Shown one piece after another: positions 29,464 to 37,977 of a DNA stretch of 64,000 nt. Every line of letters begins with the position of its first letter. Position 1 is the first letter of the stretch. Source of the DNA: Candidatus Uhrbacteria bacterium (GTDB lineage: Bacteria > Patescibacteriota > Patescibacteriia > UBA9934); assembly GCA_018664485.1 (NCBI GenBank), contig JABJOE010000007.1, forward strand, positions 4,353 through 68,352. Direction: 5' to 3'. A model generated the notes under the pieces. That model was not told where the DNA came from and ran no database searches. It saw nothing but the letters and a program-made list of their open reading frames with translations. A program made the position numbers and the translations under genes.

Positions 29464-31272
29464 TTATACGTCCAGTCCGCGCTCTATTGCCTTTTGAGAC
29501 TGCCGAGCCTCAGCATCAGCGCGAGCCCAATGATATTGATTGTGGTTAACAAATTTCAGCATATCCGTCTGATTCAGCCACGGAGCCTTCTCACGGAGAG
29601 CTATATCGATCTTCTGACAGACACGACGATAGTTTGGATGCCCCTGCGCTACCGTACGGAGCTCAAGCAAATGCTGAGCTTCACGCAGATTCATTCCAAT
29701 TGAAAAACGAATATTGTGACCAAATAGTACTACGTATTCAGCAACTTTCGGCCCTAGAGTCTGCTCAATCTGATCATACAAATCGCTCACCTCACGTTCA
29801 AGTGCGATACATGCATCTTTCATTCCGATAATATCAACGTCCTCTGGAATAACAAATCCCAAATGTGGATTTGGACGCTGCCACTGTAAAGTACACATTC
29901 GGTGACGATGTAGGTCTCGGAAAACTCCAAAGTCGCAAACCATTTCTGTAAAAATCGGATACCCATGTTCAAAACCACGAACAGCACGATCACGCCTAAT
30001 CTCACGACTTCCAACTGCATTGTGAAGAAGCTTATAGAATGTTTCGTCAGGCAAAGCCACGATCAACGACATTAATGCTTGATAATCAGTACGTGCATAC
30101 GGGAAATATGCTGCAGCCAACATATGTTCTGCACCAACACGATCACGAGTGATTACGTTTGGCGTATTCATCACAACCACTTCTTCGCGCGACCCTCCCC
30201 ACACAAGTGCCTCGGGAAGATACGTTCGCATATCCTCCACCATCTGGCGATCGACATCCATCCAAAACTTCACACCACCACGGTCAGCACGCTTAACGTA
30301 CTTTGGAATGACCTTGTTCAAGGTGTCGTGCAGACGGTTTGCAATATCTTTAAATTCATTTCGCCCTTCCGAATACAGCCGCTTCAATAAATGCTCAAAA
30401 GTACGACCGTTAGCCACCATGGCCACATTCGTCAAAGTCGCAGCAGGCAAGAAAATTCGTGCCGTATCACAAGCGCGAGTGCGAATATCAAATGTATATG
30501 ATCGTTTGAAGGCCTTACGTTGCTTGTCGTCATCCAACTGATCAAATCTGTACTTGGTGTCATCATTCGGCTTTAGAGCGTACTCGACCTCCTCAATGGG
30601 CTTGAGGCCCTTGTAATACTCCTGGAGCTTGTGCGCCAAATCGACATACAACTCAAAACAACGATCCATCACATCTATGTACTTTCCAGCCAGAGGTGAA
30701 TTCATGATCGCTGGATCACGATAGTAGTACCAGTTATCAGTAATAGGATCTTTTTCCGTGTACAAAACGTATCGACTGGACTGCTCAATATATGCTCCCA
30801 ATCGTCTATCTTCGATCATCTTTGTAGCAACGTTTGAAACTGAGTTGAAAAGTACTGTCGAGAATTCCAACTCCTGCACCGAATCATCTCCGTACTGAAT
30901 CAAAATTCGCTCAATCAATCTATCCAACTTTCCTTCCCGCAATCCACCAATCTCCACACCGAGTTCTTTTGCTTCTTTTTCGTCCGTTACAAGAAACTCT
31001 TTTACCAAAACATCAATGATGGTTCCTGGAATTCGACTCTGTCGTGCAAGCATCGCTCCTACCAATCCTGAAAGCTTACGTCCGTCGATTGCCGTAATGT
31101 TACTTTCCGGTGAAAGAAAGAACGGTCGAGCCATCTCAAACACTTTCTCTAAAATAAATGAACGATACGGCAACGTCTGCCCATCCCCCATACAGACCAC
31201 TCGCTCTCCGGTTTCTTGATCCACAAAAACAGCACAACGATCATTTAGTTCTAGATTCTCGATTGGTTGCAT
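29464..31272 (-). CDS. thyX: tandem-domain flavin-dependent thymidylate synthase ThyX-like protein (two Thy1 repeats fused in one 602-aa chain)
   Basis: The C-terminal repeat carries the ThyX signature RHR (FRDLHRHRMCTLQWQ) and NLREAQHLLELRTVAQ. The N-terminal repeat has a degenerate RR..SSRY (EDRRLGAYIEQSSRYV) and NGRTFEHLLKRL. Confidence 0.55.
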   Translation of the reverse strand: MQPIENLELNDRCAVFVDQETGERVVCMGDGQTLPYRSFILEKVFEMARPFFLSPESNITAIDGRKLSGLVGAMLARQSRIPGTIIDVLVKEFLVTDEKEAKELGVEIGGLREGKLDRLIERILIQYGDDSVQELEFSTVLFNSVSNVATKMIEDRRLGAYIEQSSRYVLYTEKDPITDNWYYYRDPAIMNSPLAGKYIDVMDRCFELYVDLAHKLQEYYKGLKPIEEVEYALKPNDDTKYRFDQLDDDKQRKAFKRSYTFDIRTRACDTARIFLPAATLTNVAMVANGRTFEHLLKRLYSEGRNEFKDIANRLHDTLNKVIPKYVKRADRGGVKFWMDVDRQMVEDMRTYLPEALVWGGSREEVVVMNTPNVITRDRVGAEHMLAAAYFPYARTDYQALMSLIVALPDETFYKLLHNAVGSREIRRDRAVRGFEHGYPIFTEMVCDFGVFRDLHRHRMCTLQWQRPNPHLGFVIPEDVDIIGMKDACIALEREVSDLYDQIEQTLGPKVAEYVVLFGHNIRFSIGMNLREAQHLLELRTVAQGHPNYRRVCQKIDIALREKAPWLNQTDMLKFVNHNQYHWARADAEARQSQKAIERGLDV

Positions 31273-31600
31273 AGAGGAGGTTTATTCTAGTTACGTTTTG
31301 TGGTGTATGAAGATAGGTTCGTATGATGTCGGCGCCGGAACCGCCAGGCGGAGCCTGGTCCGGCTACGCCGGATACTTCACGATACAGTGTCGAGGAGCG
31401 GAGCCGCTATATGTAATTACGCTCTGTGTTGGATGTAATGTCTGTGCGCAGGATGTCGGCGCCGGAGCCGTACCTAATGTACGGTGACCAGATGACAGGC
31501 TCCTGTAAACAGGCAGTGCGCCATCACGGAGAGTAATTAAGAAAGAAAGAGGCTATCGTGCAAGCATGGCGCGCGACAACCTCCCCAGTGGGAATGACTC
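31273..31600 (-). ncRNA. GC-rich ~320-nt 5' leader/structured RNA upstream of thyX containing two copies of GATGTCGGCGCCGGA(A/G)CCG; the promoter TTGAAG-17-TAAAGT on the minus strand (plus coordinates 31603-31637) is included in the finding span 31273-31668
   Basis: The -35 and -10 were read on the minus strand. There is no sustained ORF. The two repeat copies would fall in different reading frames, which argues for RNA-level rather than protein-level conservation. Confidence 0.3.
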
Positions 31601-31686
31601 CCAACAACACTTTAGGGAATCGAGCCGAGTCCTTCAACTTTACTTGTGGATGAGTCTAAATTTTCGCTGTGCTAAAATGCGCTCAT

Positions 31687-32118
31687 ATGAATATTCGCTT
31701 TCGCCGCGTCCATAAAGACGCCACAATTCCCGCGTACAAAACACCAGGTGCCGTTGCCTTTGACCTCGCTATAGTTGAGGACGTATCGATTGAGCCACGT
31801 AGCTTTATAATGGCTAGGACCGGTCTTGTAATTGAAGTGCCGGAGGGTCATGCCCTCATCCTCGCATCTCGATCATCCAATCCAGGAAAAAAAGGAATTG
31901 ATCTTGCAAACAGTATCGGTGTCATCGATCAGGATTATTCAGGACCTAAAGATGAGATCCATCTGCTTCTGGAAAATATTACAGACGAGACAGTAACCCT
32001 TTCCGCTGGCGACCGTGTATCACAAGGAATGATCATTCCTGTGATCCGCCCAACGTTTGAGGAAGCTGATGAACTCGCGCTTGAGAGTCGTGGAGGCTTT
32101 GGAACGACGGGTGCGTAA
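31687..32118 (+). CDS. dut: dUTP diphosphatase (dUTPase)
   Basis: The GVIDQDYSG and ESRGGFGTTG motifs are present. A TGcTAAAAT extended -10 lies immediately upstream, so the start was taken at MNIRF (31687). Confidence 0.85.
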   Translation: MNIRFRRVHKDATIPAYKTPGAVAFDLAIVEDVSIEPRSFIMARTGLVIEVPEGHALILASRSSNPGKKGIDLANSIGVIDQDYSGPKDEIHLLLENITDETVTLSAGDRVSQGMIIPVIRPTFEEADELALESRGGFGTTGA

Positions 32119-32176
32119 ACTACCCCACCACAGGACTCAATAACAAATAGATAGAAAGCTGGTATAATTAAAGTGC

Positions 32177-32842
32177 ATGAAGGGTCGGCTTATCGTAATT
32201 GATGGAACAGATGGATCTGGAAAAGCTACCCAGACTCAGCTTTTAGTGGACCGCTTTAAAGCTGAAAACCTTCCAGTCGAGACAATCTCCTTTCCCCAGT
32301 ACGGGACAAAGAGTGCCGGCTCGGTTGAAGAGTATTTAAGTGGAAAATACGGAAGTGCCTACGAGGTCACTGGATATCAAGCGTCTGTACTATTTGCAGT
32401 TGATAGATTCGACGCTTCATTTCAAATAAGAAAATGGCTCGAAGATGGCATCAACGTAATAACAGATCGATACGTTGGTGCAAATATGGGACACCAAGGG
32501 TCAAAGATAACCGACCCAGATAAACGGAAAGACTTCTTTGCCTGGGAAATGGAATTTGAACATGAACTGATGGGAATTCCAAAGCCAGATATAAATCTCA
32601 TATTACATGTACCATCGGAAACCGCTCAAACGCTCATGGAAGGTCGTGAGCTTAAAAGCAATCTAGACAAAGACATTCATGAAGAGAATGCTCAACATCT
32701 AAAAGATGCCGAGCAAGCATATCTAGACATGACAAAACAATTCGATTCGTTCCAACTTATAGACTGCGTAGAAAATGGAGAATTGTTAGACCGCGAAAAT
32801 ATTCATAAAAAAATCTGGGGCGCTATCAAAAACTATATCTAA
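32177..32842 (+). CDS. tmk: thymidylate (dTMP) kinase
   Basis: The P-loop LIVIDGTDGSGKATQ and DRY-like motif ITDRYVGANMGHQ are present. Confidence 0.85.
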   Translation: MKGRLIVIDGTDGSGKATQTQLLVDRFKAENLPVETISFPQYGTKSAGSVEEYLSGKYGSAYEVTGYQASVLFAVDRFDASFQIRKWLEDGINVITDRYVGANMGHQGSKITDPDKRKDFFAWEMEFEHELMGIPKPDINLILHVPSETAQTLMEGRELKSNLDKDIHEENAQHLKDAEQAYLDMTKQFDSFQLIDCVENGELLDRENIHKKIWGAIKNYI

Positions 32843-32845
32843 ACT

Positions 32846-33730
32846 ATGGCAAAACTCATTTCCATCGGACAAATCATCGACCGCACCTGGGAGATCTACT
32901 CCACAAACTTCAAATCACTCATGAAGATCTCAATGTGGGCGTTCCTTGTTGGTATCTTCGTTATTATACGACTTCTACTACTCCCAAGCGGAGAGACTGC
33001 AGCGATCCAAGAGATAATGGGAACCAACCCTGAACAGACTCTCATCATCGGTTTTGCTATCGCAGTCGCTATTTCTATATTCGCTATCCCAATTACATCA
33101 ATCTGGGTCTACATGAACCTAGTTCGCGGAGTCGACAACAGTATCGCGAAGAAAAAATACTCTACAAAAGAACTTGGCCGACAGTCATGGCGTGATTTCC
33201 TCCCATACCTATGGGTGATGATCCTTAAAAATATCGCAAACGTTCTTCCGATCCTACTGATCGTTCCAGGAGCTATCCTGCTCATTCTGTCACTGATGTA
33301 TAACGGAGTTGCTATCAATTCAATTGGCCTACTTCTCACATTCCTTGGAACTGTAGCAGCACTCGTCATGGTAATTTGGCTTGGAGTGCGCCTTACATTT
33401 GCTGGATACGCAATGCTTCTTGACGGTAAGGGTGGACTCACTTCGCTCAAAGAATCTTTCCGCGTAACAGAAGGTCGTTTCTGGGCATCTCTGTGGCGAA
33501 TTATTATTCCAAAGCTCGTATTTGGTTCCGGAGTATTGGTTGCAGAGATTCTACTCGGACTTATTCTTCCGCTCCTTGTTGGAAGCCTCTACAACCTCGG
33601 TCCTACTTTCGGACTTTACGCTGGCCTAACAATTACAGTAGCGCTTACAACTGGACTCCGAGTTCTATACCCACCTCTTTTCATCATCGCTGATGAACTT
33701 CTATATGGTAGCCTCAAGCAAACAAGATAG
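32846..33730 (+). CDS. polytopic membrane protein of unknown function (paralog 1 of a tandem pair)
   Basis: It has about 6 TM helices and a similar architecture and length to the next ORF. Confidence 0.45.
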   Translation: MAKLISIGQIIDRTWEIYSTNFKSLMKISMWAFLVGIFVIIRLLLLPSGETAAIQEIMGTNPEQTLIIGFAIAVAISIFAIPITSIWVYMNLVRGVDNSIAKKKYSTKELGRQSWRDFLPYLWVMILKNIANVLPILLIVPGAILLILSLMYNGVAINSIGLLLTFLGTVAALVMVIWLGVRLTFAGYAMLLDGKGGLTSLKESFRVTEGRFWASLWRIIIPKLVFGSGVLVAEILLGLILPLLVGSLYNLGPTFGLYAGLTITVALTTGLRVLYPPLFIIADELLYGSLKQTR

Positions 33731-34469
33731 TCATAGCTCAAAGCGGAATGAGCCCATTGGCGTAGCTAACCTAGTTCGGGATAGCTGGCACCTATACCTA
33801 CGCCACGCGCGAACCTTCATTGGATACAGTGCGTGGCTTTTGGTTCCAATGGCAATCTCCGTATTGCTCTCACTCGCTTTTGGTTCCACCGACACAATGG
33901 ACATTGCCCAAGCGGTGAACGGAACTCTTGGACTTGTAATTGGTACTTGGCTCACAATTGTTTTTATAAAAATCATCCCGCTGCTTCGTGATAAAAAACG
34001 ACTTCGACCTCGTGCTATTAGCAAGCAAGCCTGGAAACTTTTCATCCCCTATCTTTTCCTCTCGGTAATCATCAATGTTCTAACGGGAATAGGTATCGTA
34101 CTTTTCTTAATCCCCGGGTTCATCGTGATCGCACGATTAAGCTATGCGCAGATTCTGATAGTCCGTAAAAAGATCGACCCACTTGCTGCCATCAAAGAAA
34201 GTGTGAAGCTGACAAAAGGAAAAACATGGGTACTGATTCGACGGCTCGTTGGAGGTATAGTAATGATCGGCCTTCCCTACGCGCTCCTGTCGATATTCAT
34301 CGCCGTTGCCTTTGCGAGCATGCGCAGCCTCGATCTCTTAACATTTTTCACGCAAACACAACCAACTCTACTTGAAATCGTTTCTTTCCAGCTTTTAGAC
34401 ATTCTATTTATCCCAATCTTCCTTATATACTGGGTATCAATGTTTCGAGATATTGAGCAAAAAGCCTAA
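33693..34469 (+). CDS. polytopic membrane protein of unknown function (paralog 2)
   Basis: It has about 6 TM helices with N-terminal 'W..Y...F' and TM-pattern similarity to the previous ORF. The start probably lies downstream of the 33693 overlap. Confidence 0.45.
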   Translation: MNFYMVASSKQDSHSSKRNEPIGVANLVRDSWHLYLRHARTFIGYSAWLLVPMAISVLLSLAFGSTDTMDIAQAVNGTLGLVIGTWLTIVFIKIIPLLRDKKRLRPRAISKQAWKLFIPYLFLSVIINVLTGIGIVLFLIPGFIVIARLSYAQILIVRKKIDPLAAIKESVKLTKGKTWVLIRRLVGGIVMIGLPYALLSIFIAVAFASMRSLDLLTFFTQTQPTLLEIVSFQLLDILFIPIFLIYWVSMFRDIEQKA

Positions 34470-34599
34470 TAAGCCCGGGTTGATTAATACCGAATCTGCT
34501 GCTAAACTGCCCCAGAATGCATAAAGGGACATATTTCTGAGCACCCTTATAATCTGACAGGATCTACATCTAAAACAGCACAAACGCGCAAATCCTAAT

Positions 34600-36090
34600 A
34601 TGAAGCTAGAAGTAATCATCGGCCTGGAAACCCACATTCAGCTAAAAACAAAAAGTAAGCTTTTTTGTGGTTGCTCAAATCACGAAAGTAACACTCCGAA
34701 CGCTAACGTATGCCCGGTCTGTGTTGGGCATCCGGGTACCCTTCCCGTTCCAAACGAGCAGGCAGTTCGCTGGGCTGTACTTTTAGGTCTAGCGCTTGGC
34801 GGTGAGATCACTCCTCATTCAAAGTTTGACCGTAAACATTACTTCTACCCTGACCTTCCAAAAGCTTATCAGATTTCTCAGTTTGATTTACCGATCATGC
34901 ATGACGGATCTATAGACCTGGATGTGCCCGGTGAAGACAAACCTGTAACTATTCGAATCGAGCGACTTCACCTTGAGGAAGATGCTGCAAAAAACATTCA
35001 CGGGGACGACGGAAAATCTTACGTTGACTTCAACCGTGGTGGAACGCCACTCTGTGAGATCGTGAGTCGACCTGACATCTCGAGTGCCGCGCAAGCGAAA
35101 GCGTACATGCAAGAGCTTCGGATTATCGCGCGTACACTTGGTGTATCTGACGGGAACATGGAAAAAGGTCACCTGCGATGTGATGTCAACATTTCACTCC
35201 GACCAGAAGGTGAAGAAGTTCTATATACAAAAACAGAAATTAAAAACGTAAACTCTTTTAAAGCAGTTGAGCGTGTAATTGAATACGAGATCAAACGTCA
35301 GACCCATCTATGGGAAGCTGGCAACCCCCCTTCCGTTTTGACGACTCGCGGTTGGAATGATGCAAAACAAATTACTGAAGAGCAGCGAGTTAAAGAAGAT
35401 GCTGCAGACTACCGCTATTTCCCAGAACCGGATATCCCACCGATGGATCTGCGAGACATGGCGACAGATGCAAAGCGTCGACTACCAGAATTACCTCGTG
35501 CTAAACGAAAACGATTTGTTGAAGAATACGGATTCAAAATAGGAGATGTCCGAATGATGGTGGACGATCCGAAGCTTGCTGAGTTCACAGAGCAGGCAAT
35601 GAGCGAGCTCGCAGCATGGCTCACGGCAAAGCCTGAGTTAGACGACGAGAACATCCTAGAATATAGAAAGAAGCTTGCGAAACTCACAGCTGGTTGGTTG
35701 CTAAACAAGCTGATGGGACTTCTCGGAGAACGTAAGGGTGATATTCGCACAATGAAAGTCAATCCTGAAAACTTCGCTGAGTTCATCACGATGATCGCTG
35801 ACGGAAAGCTCACTGGAAGACGAGGACTTGAAGTTCTCGGTAAGATGTTGGAAACCGGTGGAGACCCTTCAAACATTGTGGAAGATCTCGGAGCACAACG
35901 ACTAGATGATGTAACGGCGCTCGCAACGATTGTGGAGACCGTTATTGAAGAAAACTCATCTGAGGTTGAACGCTATCGCGGTGGTGAAACGAAACTGATA
36001 AAGTTCTTCGTAGGGCAAGTCATGAAAGCGTCTCGCGGAAACGCAGACCCTCAAACATCGGAGAAGATTTTGAAAGACAAGTTGAAGTAA
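34600..36090 (+). CDS. gatB: aspartyl/glutamyl-tRNA(Asn/Gln) amidotransferase subunit B
   Basis: MKLEVIIGLETHIQL...CGCS is the hallmark GatB N-terminus, and a C-terminal GatB/YqeY domain is present. Confidence 0.9.
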   Translation: MKLEVIIGLETHIQLKTKSKLFCGCSNHESNTPNANVCPVCVGHPGTLPVPNEQAVRWAVLLGLALGGEITPHSKFDRKHYFYPDLPKAYQISQFDLPIMHDGSIDLDVPGEDKPVTIRIERLHLEEDAAKNIHGDDGKSYVDFNRGGTPLCEIVSRPDISSAAQAKAYMQELRIIARTLGVSDGNMEKGHLRCDVNISLRPEGEEVLYTKTEIKNVNSFKAVERVIEYEIKRQTHLWEAGNPPSVLTTRGWNDAKQITEEQRVKEDAADYRYFPEPDIPPMDLRDMATDAKRRLPELPRAKRKRFVEEYGFKIGDVRMMVDDPKLAEFTEQAMSELAAWLTAKPELDDENILEYRKKLAKLTAGWLLNKLMGLLGERKGDIRTMKVNPENFAEFITMIADGKLTGRRGLEVLGKMLETGGDPSNIVEDLGAQRLDDVTALATIVETVIEENSSEVERYRGGETKLIKFFVGQVMKASRGNADPQTSEKILKDKLK

Positions 36091-36091
36091 T

Positions 36092-36496
36092 ATGCGTCGT
36101 GTTGCACTAATCACATTGATCGACAGGCATGGTAACTATCTTCTTCAACATCGTGATGAAGGTATAAAGACCCTTCCAGGCTATTGGGCATTCTTCGGTG
36201 GAAAAATTGAAGAAAACGAAACACCAGAAGAGGCGATGTATCGAGAAACAAAAGAGGAACTAGGAATATCTTTAGTAGATCCAAAGTTCGTACTCGAAAC
36301 AACATTTTATGATAAGTACGTACCAAAAGGAAAGAAATGGGTATGGATTGCGTACGCCGAAAAACAAACTCAAATTGTATTAGGTGAAGGCCAGGGATAC
36401 GGTTACTTCACGCTTGATGAGATTCGAAAAATGAAAGTAATCGATCATGATATAGAAACATTCGAAGCGATACATGAATTTGTAAACAAAAACTAA
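36092..36496 (+). CDS. NUDIX hydrolase
   Basis: The Nudix box GGKIEENETPEEAMYRETKEELGI is present. Confidence 0.8.
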   Translation: MRRVALITLIDRHGNYLLQHRDEGIKTLPGYWAFFGGKIEENETPEEAMYRETKEELGISLVDPKFVLETTFYDKYVPKGKKWVWIAYAEKQTQIVLGEGQGYGYFTLDEIRKMKVIDHDIETFEAIHEFVNKN

Positions 36497-36506
36497 AGTA
36501 AATAAA

Positions 36507-36530
36507 GCAGCCCGCAAGGGCTGTTTTATT
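36507..36530 (+). terminator. rho-independent terminator after the NUDIX gene
   Basis: cagccc-gcaa-gggctg is followed by TTTTATT. Confidence 0.5.
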
Positions 36531-36611
36531 ATTGACAAGCGTTTGCTGAACTGATAGATTCTTATCTGACCTTACTTCACCTTCACCGAAAGGAGTTCGA
36601 CATGGATCCAT

Positions 36612-36695
36612 ACATAATCGCCCTCGTATTCTGTTTCGGACCTACGATCGCAACAATACTCTGGCTACTCCTAGATGACGACTAAACGAGCAAAG
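36612..36695 (+). CDS. candidate 27-aa hydrophobic small peptide (MDPYIIALVFCFGPTIATILWLLLDDD) with strong RBS
   Basis: AAAGGAG lies 7 nt upstream of the ATG, whereas most genes in this window lack a Shine-Dalgarno sequence. The peptide has a single TM-like helix with an acidic tail. It sits between two terminators. Confidence 0.3.
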
Positions 36696-36741
36696 CGCTC
36701 AACAGATCTCGCCCATCCCTCCGTAGATGGGCTTTTGTGCT

Positions 36742-37536
36742 TTATAGAAAATCATTCACTTCCTCCATGGCCTCTTTAAATCCTTCTACCCATACGATTC
36801 GATCATCGCGCTTGAACCATGTCGTCTGTCGCTTCGCGTAATGACGCGTCTCCAACTTGACGACTGCAATTGCATCACGCAGTTTTAAATATCCGTCAAA
36901 GAAAGCACAGATCTGCCTGTAACCGATTCCGGTCATCGCCTTTGTCTCACAGCCATACTTATCGCGAAGTCCGCGCACCTCATCAACTAGACCTTCTGCA
37001 ATCATCTTATCAACTCGCGCGTCGATGCGATCGTACACAACTTCTCGGTCAATCATGATTCCCAGTTGCAATGCATCATACTTCGGCTCCCCCATTGTTT
37101 TTTCAAACGTGAAGTTATCAATCACTCCTTGAACATATAAACCAGTTCCTCCAACAAGCATCGGAACATTCCCACGTTTTAAAATCTCTTCGATTTTTTT
37201 CTCTGCATATTCTTTAAAGTCGGCTGCCGTGAAGTGCTCATCTGGATTCACAAGATCAAGCCCCCAATGTGGAATACCCTCAACCGTAAGCGACTTCTCA
37301 CTAAACAACTCTGAGATATTCTTATTCTTTTGCCCCTGCCTCTCAATAGCTAAATCACTCTTCGATTTTTCCCCCACAGGCTTAGCGGTCCCTATATCCA
37401 TTCCGCGGTAGACAGTGCGTGAATCTGCGGCGATGATCTCACCACCGATCTCTTTTGCTATTTGGATACCCAAACTAGACTTCCCGCTGGCGGTAAGGCC
37501 TACAACAGCTAGTATTTTTGGCAATTTCTTAGACAT
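36742..37536 (-). CDS. miaA: tRNA dimethylallyltransferase (IPP transferase)
   Basis: The P-loop GLTASGKSSLGIQIA...IIAADSRTVYRGMDIGTAKP is present. Confidence 0.85.
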   Translation of the reverse strand: MSKKLPKILAVVGLTASGKSSLGIQIAKEIGGEIIAADSRTVYRGMDIGTAKPVGEKSKSDLAIERQGQKNKNISELFSEKSLTVEGIPHWGLDLVNPDEHFTAADFKEYAEKKIEEILKRGNVPMLVGGTGLYVQGVIDNFTFEKTMGEPKYDALQLGIMIDREVVYDRIDARVDKMIAEGLVDEVRGLRDKYGCETKAMTGIGYRQICAFFDGYLKLRDAIAVVKLETRHYAKRQTTWFKRDDRIVWVEGFKEAMEEVNDFL

Positions 37537-37648
37537 TTGCGCGAATGTTAGCAGTTTTCACTATTTTAATCAACAACACCATAGACAGATCGGCGAATAG
37601 CAGCGTAAGATATATACAATAGACAAATTAAGATAATAACAAACAAAT

Positions 37649-37918
37649 ATGAGTATTTTCGATAGATTCAGACCTCGCAGCAAGGAAGAGGTATTAAAAC
37701 AACGTGTTACAGATACAGCACTCGAACAAGCTCGACAAGCGAGAGATGGAGCGAATGAAGAGGCTTCTAACGCTGAAGCAGCTCCTGAAGTGCCCTACAC
37801 GGAAGTTGGAGGACGAGGTCAAAGTAAAGAAGATGTACTTCGACAACGCGCTACAGATGTTGCACTAGAGCAGAACCAAGCAGCGGCAGAAGAAGCGGCT
37901 GCAAAAAGAGCTGCTTAA
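37649..37918 (+). CDS. hypothetical small protein with internal tandem repeat (SKEEVLKQRVTDTALEQ / SKEDVLRQRATDVALEQ)
   Basis: The direct repeat of about 17 aa was read from the translation. The protein is low-complexity and Ala/Glu-rich. Confidence 0.4.
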   Translation: MSIFDRFRPRSKEEVLKQRVTDTALEQARQARDGANEEASNAEAAPEVPYTEVGGRGQSKEDVLRQRATDVALEQNQAAAEEAAAKRAA

Positions 37919-37977
37919 ACCATACATTTAAAAGATCGCCCGTAAGGACGATCTTTTAGTTTGAGCTAAATCAATTT

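Noticed and set aside
31302-31520. Two small ORFs (43 aa and 27 aa) on the plus strand within the thyX leader, each starting near a copy of the repeated motif
   Set aside because: The repeat is read in different frames in the two ORFs and there is no RBS spacing. An RNA-level element is more parsimonious.
31600-31640. tRNA-like T-loop resemblance (GGCTCGATTCC on the minus strand)
   Set aside because: There are no complementary T-stem or acceptor-stem arms around it, so it does not fold as a tRNA or tmRNA 3' domain. It overlaps the inferred promoter spacer.
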